Below, piece by piece: positions 30,867 to 40,600 of a DNA stretch of 64,000 nucleotides (positions within the stretch are counted from its first letter, which is position 1; every line of letters starts with the position of its first letter). The notes under the pieces are model-generated. The model was given only the letters and a program-made list of their open reading frames with translations. It was not told where the DNA came from and ran no database searches. This DNA is from a virus: IMG/VR virus record IMGVR_UViG_3300008266_000118. One strand, given 5' to 3'. The translations under genes were made by a program, and so were the position numbers.

Positions 30867-31984
30867 TGACTAGTGTTTTTTGCTTGAAGTATAACCCCTC
30901 CCTGCAAAGCTCCTCCTGACTTGTGAGACAATGTTACATATGTAGATACATTATCGTCAATGGTATTTGTTCCGTAAGCAGTTACGGTGCGGTCAGCACT
31001 TGATGTGTTCTTTACAAATATCACCTTACCAACATCATCTGATGTTATCTGAGGCAAAGTTGCATTACCTGTTATATACCATACATCATAACCAAAGCTG
31101 ATAGTATTTCCTGTGGTCAAAGCACGACCTATCTTACTATTAAAAGTACTCCAATCTGTTGATGATAAAGCACCTCTTGCACTTGATGTGGCTGTAGGTA
31201 TGTTAATTGTAATTGTGGTGCTAGAAGAGTTTACAGCAATATCTGAACCTGTTGTACCTGTAGCTACGGTTAAAGCACCCGTGAGTGAATTAACACTTGG
31301 AACGGCAGATGCCAATGTTATAGTGCCTACTCCGTTTGTAACCGACATACCTGCACCCGCTGTTATTGTCGTAATAGCGTAACCTGTTCCATTACCTATA
31401 GCAATCTGTCCATTGGCGGGAGTGGTAGACACACCCAAACCACCTTTACTTATTGGAGTAATACCTGTCGCATCAGCGCTAGCTAAATTAATCGCACCTG
31501 TAGTTAAAGCTGAAGTACCCTTGCGTAAGATACCATTAGTCAAGCCATCAATTCCATCTAAGAAAGATAATTCTGTTGTAGTAATAGTTGAACTCTCAAC
31601 AATAGCGCCACCGCTTGAAACCATCACCTTATTATTGCCTAAGGAAGTTGTACTATTTGTACCACCTTTTGCAATAGGTATGGTAGGCAAATCGGCACTA
31701 ACTAAAGCTCTAAATGTTGGCGCTCCTGTTGAACCATTAGGAGAGGCTAAAACCTTATTTGTAGTTTGAGATACTTGAGCAAAAGAAACGGCAGGGGTTG
31801 TTGTACCTGTAGCAACGCTTGCGGTAAACAAAGGACTTAAATTCCCAACAGTTACTTCTGTAACCGTACCATCTCCCGTACCCGTTGCATTAAGGGCAGT
31901 TTCAATGGTATCCCAATTATCATCAACCTGTGTAGTTGATAATTCGCTACTCTGATTTCTTCGCTTTTTTAAAACTACTGTCAT
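30824..31984 (-). CDS. tail fibre protein
   Basis: repeated fibre motifs IPIAKGGTNSTTSLG / ISKGGLGVSTTPANG / ARGALSSTDWSTFNSK, typical of phage tail-fibre proteins. Confidence 0.6.
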   Translation of the reverse strand: MTVVLKKRRNQSSELSTTQVDDNWDTIETALNATGTGDGTVTEVTVGNLSPLFTASVATGTTTPAVSFAQVSQTTNKVLASPNGSTGAPTFRALVSADLPTIPIAKGGTNSTTSLGNNKVMVSSGGAIVESSTITTTELSFLDGIDGLTNGILRKGTSALTTGAINLASADATGITPISKGGLGVSTTPANGQIAIGNGTGYAITTITAGAGMSVTNGVGTITLASAVPSVNSLTGALTVATGTTGSDIAVNSSSTTITINIPTATSSARGALSSTDWSTFNSKIGRALTTGNTISFGYDVWYITGNATLPQITSDDVGKVIFVKNTSSADRTVTAYGTNTIDDNVSTYVTLSHKSGGALQGGVILQAKNTSQWCILASVGTITYG

Positions 31985-32014
31985 GTTTCAAATATAATTT
32001 TTTTATATCAATTT

Positions 32015-32308
32015 TCAATATCCACCTTCCCAATAGCCCGCTACAACATAACCATCAGGAGCAGCATAATCTAAAGACCATTTGCCTATTCCGTTGGCAC
32101 ACGCATTCTTTTGCGAATTACTAGAGTAGATAGAGTCCATTACAAACAATGCATTTGATTGCAAGAGGATATTGTCAAGCAATTCTAATATCTGCCCGTA
32201 AGGCATACCTGTATTCATTAGTGTAGCTATTTGCTGCACTTGAGCATACTGATTCTTTTTTATGTTTTCAGTAATAATAGCTAATTGACTATCACTCCTC
32301 TGTTTCAT
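32015..32308 (-). CDS. hypothetical protein (possible fibre assembly/chaperone)
   Basis: 97-aa ORF between fibre genes. Confidence 0.3.
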   Translation of the reverse strand: MKQRSDSQLAIITENIKKNQYAQVQQIATLMNTGMPYGQILELLDNILLQSNALFVMDSIYSSNSQKNACANGIGKWSLDYAAPDGYVVAGYWEGGY

Positions 32309-33165
32309 TGTTGTAAGAAATAAACTTTATCTTGAGCGTAAGTTAAAAGGTCTTGAGCCTTTATTAGACTGATATTATTGGTAGAAGCCATATTCTCAAT
32401 AGCCTCTAGCATTAGACGTATCTGTAAAATATCTTCTTGTGAAATAGATGCCAAAGAAAACGAATCCACAATCACTTCGTATAAGTTTTGACTTATGTTG
32501 TATAAAGACACAAAATACTGATTAGTGGCTGCGTATAATTGATTGACGTTTGGATTTCCACTTGACACGGTTATATTGTTTGTGCTGAATGCAGTAAAAA
32601 CCTCTCCTACATAGTAAATATTACCTTCATAAGAGACAGCCCCTGTTCCCGAAACTAAATAAGTATTTCCACTAACAGCAGCCGTTATGGGTGTTTGTTG
32701 TGGATAATACACCTCGTACTGCAACTCTCTAATAGCATCTTCAACTAGTTCGCCTGTTTCATTTAATTCTGTTGTACTTAAATCCAATGCCACTTCAGCT
32801 GCTGTAGGAAGCCAAGACTGAGGGTAAACGTAGAAGCCTGTTTCCACCCATTCAGAAACAACGGATATGCCTGCACTCTGAGGAACAAAATAAGCACCTG
32901 TGCTAAATGATTTGTTATTAACCGTACAAGCTGCTCCTGTTAATTGATACTCCTTGTATCGAGTAAAAGAACCACTACTCAAAGTAGCTACACTAGATAA
33001 TGAAGCATAGGTAGCCGTTTTCAACCTAATAATAGTTACATCACCGTATGCAATATTCCCTCCTTGGCTATATGCCGTAGAAGACGTTGTACCCGTAATA
33101 TCTTTAAAGGCTAAAGAAACCCCTGATGCCGTTGGTAATATCTGTGTTTTTAATTCAAGTGCCAT
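32305..33165 (-). CDS. tail fibre-like protein
   Basis: 286 aa, Ser/Thr-rich, in the fibre cluster. Confidence 0.4.
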   Translation of the reverse strand: MALELKTQILPTASGVSLAFKDITGTTSSTAYSQGGNIAYGDVTIIRLKTATYASLSSVATLSSGSFTRYKEYQLTGAACTVNNKSFSTGAYFVPQSAGISVVSEWVETGFYVYPQSWLPTAAEVALDLSTTELNETGELVEDAIRELQYEVYYPQQTPITAAVSGNTYLVSGTGAVSYEGNIYYVGEVFTAFSTNNITVSSGNPNVNQLYAATNQYFVSLYNISQNLYEVIVDSFSLASISQEDILQIRLMLEAIENMASTNNISLIKAQDLLTYAQDKVYFLQQ

Positions 33166-33177
33166 ATTACAAATATA

Positions 33178-36100
33178 CTATTTTTTAGCTACTATAGGGT
33201 ACTTCACAACCCCTTTATCTTCAATGTGAGTTTTCAAAAAGGCGTTATATATTTTCCTGAATTGCTCTCTAGCCATTTGTTTTTTAACCTCTTCTGTTAC
33301 ATTACGATTTAAGATAATATCTTTTAATGCCTGACTATTTAAAACTTCTTCTTGGGTAGGGTTTACTTTTCCATACAATTCTTTATTAGCCTCATCTTTG
33401 GCTTTTGCCATAACACTTTTAGGCATTACATACAAATAACCTTTATCCTCATCCTCTTTCAAAAACAAAGACAACTTGGCTACATCTTTAGGCTTAATGT
33501 TTGATTCGGATAGTTTAATCAAATCCTCTTTATTTTTAAACTCATACTGATATCCAAACTCAGGTTCAAGCGCACCAATAAAAGCATTTATTCTATCCAC
33601 CTTAGGATTTTGTATGTTATTTAAAGCCGAACCCGCATCCCTTAAAGTTCCACTAGCCGTTACAAAGGCAATCGTTTTTACTATTGGATACATTGCAGCA
33701 TCAGCGCTAGGTAAACCTGCTTCTTTCAATGCCTCAGATTCTTTCTTCCACTCTTCAGTCTCCCTCTTAAATAATTCATATGTAGCAAACATTGAACCAC
33801 CTATTTGAGGTTCTATTGAAAGAGGTTTATTAGGGTCTAGAGGAGTTCCTTTAGGGTCAAAAGAAGGGTCTGTTTTCCTAATCTCTTCAGTGTATTTTTC
33901 TTTTTGATTCTCCCAATATAAATTAGCTGCAATACCTACAGCAATATCTCCAATAACACCTGCGCTTCCCAAGAAAATATCAGTACCAAGTCCAACCAAA
34001 AATTGAGTTAAAGATTTCTCATACAAATATACTTGCTCTTCATCATCATCATCTAAAGACTTGGCGATTGCAGATAAGGTTAATTGAGTTAATACGGATG
34101 CGGTGGCTCTAAAAGCAGCTTGTTGAGCAATATAAGCAGCCATGGATTTGACGTTTTCATAAGTCTCTTCATTGGTTAGTGAAGAACGATTAAAGGCTAA
34201 ACGTCTTGCATTTTTCAAGAACTCTTGATGTGTATTTACTTGAAAAGACTTGAACATATACAGCATTTGAGCTAAACCTGTATTGCTAAGTTTTTTACCT
34301 TGTTGTGCTGAAGATGATATAGAGTTCAATTGTTGCTGCCAAGTCTCTCCCGCATTTAAGGCGTTTTCATCTATACCTTCATTTTCTATTTTTTCTAAAA
34401 TTTGCTCATCAGTAATGCCTTTGTTTGTTTTCTTCAGGTAATCTATATAACCTGCAATTATATTAAACCTAGACACCCTGTAATCTCCAAAATCTAATAA
34501 TTCTTCAGTAGTAACTTCTTTTCCTAAAACTCTTCTTACTTTATTTATGGCAGGCTTTATTATATCTCCTAATTTAAATTTCTCTCCAATCGTACGAAGA
34601 CCTGAAACCGTAGAGCGAGTACCGCCCATCAAATATTCTGCGGGATAAGATTTTATATTTGGAAGAGCTAAACTCTTAAACACCCTTTTAACAATAGTGC
34701 TATTGTCAATTATCTTGTCGCTTAACTCTTTGTTTGATAGTATTTTATAAGTTAACCTAGAAGTCTTTGGGCTTAAAATAAAATTAGCAAATAAGGCGGG
34801 TATTACTTGCTTTGGTAACTGAAACGGATGGTTCAATACAAACCCGTAATACATGGAAGATATTGAACTTGCAAGCTGATTTAATATCAAATTCTCGTCA
34901 TTCAAGCTAACATTTCCATAAGTCAATTCTCTCTTTACTTGGCTTATCAATGCGTTTTGCATCACCTTTGCATCAGACAAAACCTTATCTTTCACCAAAG
35001 ATTGAATACCTACTTTATCTGAGTATATAGAGTTTATGATATCGTTGATTTCTTGTTGACCATAAGCCACCAATAAATTCTGCCAAAAACCTTTAGAGAA
35101 GTTTTCTCTTAAACCTATACTGTAATTACCTGTTGCAACCGACCTTTTCTTAGCCCTGTCTTGAGTTCTAGACACACCTGAGTAATCAGATAGAATAGAT
35201 TGTATTGTAGCTTCATCCTCTTGTGTAACATCCTTGCTGATGTCCATAGCAGAAAACCTAGGGAAGTAGTTTACAATACCTCTAAAAGGAAGACCTAAAC
35301 CAATCTCCATTCCATTAGCAAAGTCAGGTCTTGTCTTTGCAAACTCCCCTATCAAATAGTCATATAAATCTTGCTCCTTGGCATCCAACTTATCTTGAAT
35401 ACTTTCACGAGTTACGTCTTCTACAAGTTCATATGTAACACTTTCTTTTCCAAAAACAAGGTCTTTTATAACACCAAAACGCTCTAGAGCTTTCAATGCA
35501 TTTTTAGCTTTTTCAATATTAACTTTAGTTCTTTGGTTCAAGTTTTGTGCAGCCATCATTTGCTCGTACAAATTCGCTGCACTTCTAGCATAAACGGTTG
35601 TATCATTCTTGAATTGCTCTTGCTGCTCCTCTGCTGTCAATCCTTCGTCATACTGATTTATAAAAGCAAAGGTTTCAACGGCTACAGAACTTTCAAGCGC
35701 CTTAGAACCTAATGCCCTCATCTTTTTCTCAAAACCTGTCATGGTATTGTTGTGGTAACGCTCAATCTTAGAAATCATGCTATTCCACTTACCAAAAACA
35801 AAAGAGGTCAACGCTGCTTCTGAAACAACACCAAAAGCTTGAGATGTAATTGTAGCGGGTACTGACCTAAGAGACTTTTCTGTGATATTTAGTAACTTCC
35901 TAATCTTACCTGACACATCCTTTAAAACTTTGTATAGACCCTCTTTTCTTTCTGCTTGAGATAATTTTGAGCGAAACTTATCATACCCCATGAAGTTGCC
36001 ATCATACAATATGCCATCTAAAACATTAGATAAAAGAATTAACTCATTTAGACTGAACATTGATAAGTCTGCATTCTGAAGAAGAGAGAAGTCTAAAACC

Positions 36101-37113
36101 ATAGACTCTGTGCTAGCTAAATCGAAATCCTCTTTAAACTCTTCAGCATTTTGCTCTAGCATTATTTTGATATTCTTCGCTACTTCCTTTGCCTTGTCCG
36201 TTTTGGATATCTTATCCAATAAAGCTGCATCAGCATCTAAAATAGCCGACTGTTCTTCTAGTTTTTGTACAAACGCTTTATAATCTTCAAACGAATTGAT
36301 ATCTGTATCTTCAAATACACCTTCTTTTATCAGTGATTCATACTCCTCTTCCAAGGCTAAATCTGCCAACATCTCGTTTATTGCGTTAATATTTCTTTTG
36401 TACTCAGCAATATAACTACTTTCTTCATCAATAAAATCTTTCAACTTATCATCTATATTGCCAAAAGTAGAAGCACCTTTACCTCTTCTATCTAAAAACT
36501 CTTGCAGTAAAGCTGCATAAGTATCTAGGTCAGAAACCTCCATAGGAGAAGGGAAAGATATATCTTTGATAAACTTCTTATTACTAGCAGTTAGTTTATC
36601 CTTGCTTTTTAACTTACCTATTTCCTTTAGTAAGCCCTTTACTTTTTCCACTTTATCAAAATAAACTTCAGCGTCTTGTTGCGACTGAACGGTTAAAAGA
36701 AAGCGAGCAAAGGTTTTTTCATTCCTAATTTTACCAATAGCCTTTTCTATAGATTCACTAGAAGATATTTTATTTGTCCTTAAAAAATCTCTAGCTTCTT
36801 CTTGAAGAGAATCGATTTTACTTTTCTCCTCTTTAGCTCCTGTTTTTGAACCCTCTTCTTCAGCAGTATAAATCATCTTATTTAACTGCTTGACGGTTTT
36901 CTTTATATATTCTCTAAGTTTTTTGCCTACGCCTAAACTCTCAATAAACTTGTTTTCTACTATCTTATATCCGTCAATGGATATTTTCTTGTCATTAGAA
37001 AGAAGCTGTAATCCACCATTGGCAAGCCAAGCATTAAACTCAGCCTCACCCATCTCTTTAGGTAGGTTATATTTCTTTTGAGCCTCTTCGCTAATATTAA
37101 CAGTACAAGCCAT
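33178..37113 (-). CDS. giant virion protein (1311 aa), probable internal/ejected protein
   Basis: long coiled-coil-rich ORF next to the polyvalent protein and upstream of fibres and terminase. Confidence 0.45.
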   Translation of the reverse strand: MACTVNISEEAQKKYNLPKEMGEAEFNAWLANGGLQLLSNDKKISIDGYKIVENKFIESLGVGKKLREYIKKTVKQLNKMIYTAEEEGSKTGAKEEKSKIDSLQEEARDFLRTNKISSSESIEKAIGKIRNEKTFARFLLTVQSQQDAEVYFDKVEKVKGLLKEIGKLKSKDKLTASNKKFIKDISFPSPMEVSDLDTYAALLQEFLDRRGKGASTFGNIDDKLKDFIDEESSYIAEYKRNINAINEMLADLALEEEYESLIKEGVFEDTDINSFEDYKAFVQKLEEQSAILDADAALLDKISKTDKAKEVAKNIKIMLEQNAEEFKEDFDLASTESMVLDFSLLQNADLSMFSLNELILLSNVLDGILYDGNFMGYDKFRSKLSQAERKEGLYKVLKDVSGKIRKLLNITEKSLRSVPATITSQAFGVVSEAALTSFVFGKWNSMISKIERYHNNTMTGFEKKMRALGSKALESSVAVETFAFINQYDEGLTAEEQQEQFKNDTTVYARSAANLYEQMMAAQNLNQRTKVNIEKAKNALKALERFGVIKDLVFGKESVTYELVEDVTRESIQDKLDAKEQDLYDYLIGEFAKTRPDFANGMEIGLGLPFRGIVNYFPRFSAMDISKDVTQEDEATIQSILSDYSGVSRTQDRAKKRSVATGNYSIGLRENFSKGFWQNLLVAYGQQEINDIINSIYSDKVGIQSLVKDKVLSDAKVMQNALISQVKRELTYGNVSLNDENLILNQLASSISSMYYGFVLNHPFQLPKQVIPALFANFILSPKTSRLTYKILSNKELSDKIIDNSTIVKRVFKSLALPNIKSYPAEYLMGGTRSTVSGLRTIGEKFKLGDIIKPAINKVRRVLGKEVTTEELLDFGDYRVSRFNIIAGYIDYLKKTNKGITDEQILEKIENEGIDENALNAGETWQQQLNSISSSAQQGKKLSNTGLAQMLYMFKSFQVNTHQEFLKNARRLAFNRSSLTNEETYENVKSMAAYIAQQAAFRATASVLTQLTLSAIAKSLDDDDEEQVYLYEKSLTQFLVGLGTDIFLGSAGVIGDIAVGIAANLYWENQKEKYTEEIRKTDPSFDPKGTPLDPNKPLSIEPQIGGSMFATYELFKRETEEWKKESEALKEAGLPSADAAMYPIVKTIAFVTASGTLRDAGSALNNIQNPKVDRINAFIGALEPEFGYQYEFKNKEDLIKLSESNIKPKDVAKLSLFLKEDEDKGYLYVMPKSVMAKAKDEANKELYGKVNPTQEEVLNSQALKDIILNRNVTEEVKKQMAREQFRKIYNAFLKTHIEDKGVVKYPIVAKK

Positions 37114-37116
37114 TTT

Positions 37117-37614
37117 TTACAATTTAAATATCATTTTTTCAGCAACCAAAAAACCCGCCTTATCCTCAATATCTACCAATGTGGCACAAGCGTCAATATA
37201 AAACTTCATTGCATCTTGCTGTATTTTCAGGAACTGCAATAAATGGTTGTAGGTCATTTGGTCTAAAGTACAAACCTCAGAAGCTGCTTTTTTATACATC
37301 CCTGAAACCTTATTCTCCATGGCTAAAGCTAATTCAACTATTTCATACAAATTACTAGCCTCCTCAACAAACTCTTCAATAGCGGGAGTCTGAAAGTAAG
37401 AACCTTGACCTGTTACATATTCATAGTGAATAAGGAAATGCTCTCTCTCTTCTTTACTCTCGTTTAAAAAGTACGCTTCCGCCTTTAGGAAACCTTTCTC
37501 GTTACAAAGATTTGCTAGTTGAACATAGAAAGAAGATTGCGCTATCTCTATTGAAATCAAAGGTTTTAGGACTTCCATAACCTTTTCGTCTAACTTGTAC
37601 ATTTTATGACTCAT
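37117..37614 (-). CDS. ferritin-like four-helix-bundle protein (Dps-like?)
   Basis: helix-pair motifs SSFYVQLA ... ESKEEREHF (ExxH) ... ELALAMENK; only a partial di-iron signature. Confidence 0.3.
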   Translation of the reverse strand: MSHKMYKLDEKVMEVLKPLISIEIAQSSFYVQLANLCNEKGFLKAEAYFLNESKEEREHFLIHYEYVTGQGSYFQTPAIEEFVEEASNLYEIVELALAMENKVSGMYKKAASEVCTLDQMTYNHLLQFLKIQQDAMKFYIDACATLVDIEDKAGFLVAEKMIFKL

Positions 37615-37633
37615 AATCTTTCAAATTTAATAT

Positions 37634-40600
37634 TTATTTACCCCATTTACAACTAGTGGAGACGATTACACCTGACTCCTGAAGCTTGTCCCTAATCTCA
37701 TCTATATGTTCCATTATTTTGGCAGCCTCTTTAATAGCTTTTTTATCCGCTTCTTTCAAAGCTTTTTCAGCCTTTTTCTTGGCTGTTGGACTTGCAGCCG
37801 TCTTTGCGCTTTCCTCTTGCAGTAATGCATCAAAAGCTTTCGTAACATTCTCTAGCTTGGCTTTATCCCCGATAGCTCTAGCAGTTTTATAATCCTCAAC
37901 AGTTATTTCTTCCATAGACTTAGAGCCATCATACTTGGCGTATGTGTTTTGAATCTGTTGTGGAGATAAACCTGTCTCTTCTGCTATCGCCAAAACATTT
38001 TTAGGAAACCCTTGCTTCTTCTTTTTAATATCCACACCAAGCATCTGAGAATAGATATTCTCCATCTTTTCGTTTAACTCTATATCTATATCGCTATTTA
38101 TTATTCCGTTATATATTTCAGTTAACCACTCTTTGAACTTATCGAATAACCTCTGTAAACCTTTACTAGGAGCTTTACCGTCAGATAGGTACTTTTCAAA
38201 ACCTCTTGCGAAAAATTCACTAGTTTCAATAGTCCACCCTTTAGTTCCTGCACTTTCTACAATTTCATTCTTTTCATTATCAGTAAGGTAATGTTCAAAA
38301 ACGTGAGCAAGTTCATGTAGTGGAGTAGAAACATTAGGGTCAGATAAAGCATAAATAACCGCTTGTCCGTCCATATTCACCATCATTGCTCCTCTAGCCT
38401 TAACAGCATCTTTTTGAAACTTTATTGATTCTTCTATACTTACAGCGTTTTCGTCAAATACAACATAGTTAAAACCTCTTGCAGTTTTAGATGTTGCGCC
38501 TCTTGATATACTTTCAGCAGCGTATTTTATTCCATCAATTCCGTTTTCAAGTAAGAATAATGATGCAGCTTTATCTCCGCCTAAAACATAGCCAATATTT
38601 TCATAAAAATATTTCCCTACTTCAGCTATATTATAATGACCTAATGATAATCCATTTTTTGAATATAAATCAAAACCATATTTACTATCACCTTTAATTG
38701 TGTATCCTTTTGCTATTAAAGCTTCTTTTATTTTATAAAAATTTTCTTCACTAACAGGTTTATCCCACTCCAACCAAGTGTATTCGCTTTGTTCTTTTCC
38801 CTTAAAGAGAGAAACTTTATATAGACTTCTAGATAAATTAAATTTATCAGAATTTTTACTTAAATATGAGTAATAATTAGCATTACTTTTTAATTCGTTT
38901 TTTACAAAATTAATTACCTTATCTAGTTTGGAGGCTCTAGAAGATTGATATTGCATTGCTTCGTACAAAAACCTTCTAGATTGTTCTACCCCTTTAAATA
39001 TTATATCTGTACCATTTTTAGCATTCTCTTCAGATACACCTGCCTTAATAAACATATCGTATACTGAATTGTATTTATTTTTATCAAAATCCCTTAATGT
39101 TTTTTTAGCCTGCTCAATTTTATCCTGACTATATTCATAGTCACGCATCATTTTAATAACTAACGGATGTTTTTCGTCAACTTTTATTTTAAGTTGCTCT
39201 TGATAATAACTACTGATATCATCTAAATATTCTTTAAATTTAGCTAGATTAAAAATTCTACCTGTAAACCAACTATAAAACTCTTCATTGCTTTCATCTA
39301 ATGAAACAAATAATTTATCAAAAATAGAGTTCTCCTCTAATTCTTTATTTTCAAACTTTATTTTAGCTAATTTTTTAGCGTAAAGCTTTGCAATATCCTT
39401 TAAGTCGGTAAAATATAATCCCCATCCAAAAGCTTGCGCACCTTCACCTGTACCTATCTTTTCGGTAGTAAATTTATCAAACTCATATGGAGAACCGTGC
39501 CAAGCTGCCATCTGCATTTTTACCCCTTGAGGCAAATCTTTCTCACTAGATTTTTTAAATTGTACAGTCTTATAGATTTCTGACTTTTCAACACCCTTAC
39601 GTTTAGCCATAGCACCTATCATTTTATCCATAACAACAGCTTGCGCTAACGCCTGAACACGATTTAAAGCAAACAAGTCTCTACCGATATTGTATAGGTC
39701 TCTAATGTTTTTAGGATTAACACCTGAAACTTCTGCTACAGACTTCACCTCTGCTTCACTAACCTCTTCTTCTTTAACAGGCGCTTCTTCAGCCTTCTCA
39801 GTAGGTGTAGGTTGTTCTTTACCTAATTTAACATCTACAACTATTGGTAGTGAGCCATTAGTTTTGATTTGATTTGATATTTTTTCAATCTCGTTTAGCT
39901 TTGATTCAAGTCCTTTAATATCATTGTTGATTAAATCAAGTACCAAATCAAGTGCTAACCTTTGCTCTTTTGTATATGTAGGTATAGCTTCGTATTCTTT
40001 TCGCACCCTATCAAGAACGCTTGAATGAAATCTCTCAAGATATTCTCTACTATCAACAGCATCAGTCCATTTCAGATTGCTTTTATCAAAATCTTCTATG
40101 GTTTTTACAGACTCATCAATAGGTGTATAACCATTTTTATTTTTAGCTATCCAATCTCTAAGTTTTTCAACCTTTTCCATTAAATATCTAACATCGGGCT
40201 TATCTCCTCTTGAAGAGAGTTCACGCAATATATCCCCTGCATTTTCAATTCTTTCTCTCCATACTTGCGAGTTTCCCCACAAACCTTTTTCCTTTCCAAC
40301 TGTATTTTCTGCGGTTGCATCTTGAACCTGAAATGCTGTTCCAAATTCTATTTCCCCTTGAGCAGGTTCACCCTTATCAGACTTTACTTCTTCTTTGGCT
40401 TCACCTTCTTGGATAACAGGCTCTTTATTTGGTTCTCTCTTATCAATAATACTTGAAGTACCGCCATCCTCTGCGCCTCCAACATCGGTTCTTGCGCTAG
40501 TATCTCCTGAACTAATTTCATTTTCCACTGTGCTTGACTCTTGTATGGCATCTTTGTTTTGTTTTGAATAAGCCTCATCTACGGAAGCCCGTGTTTTAAC

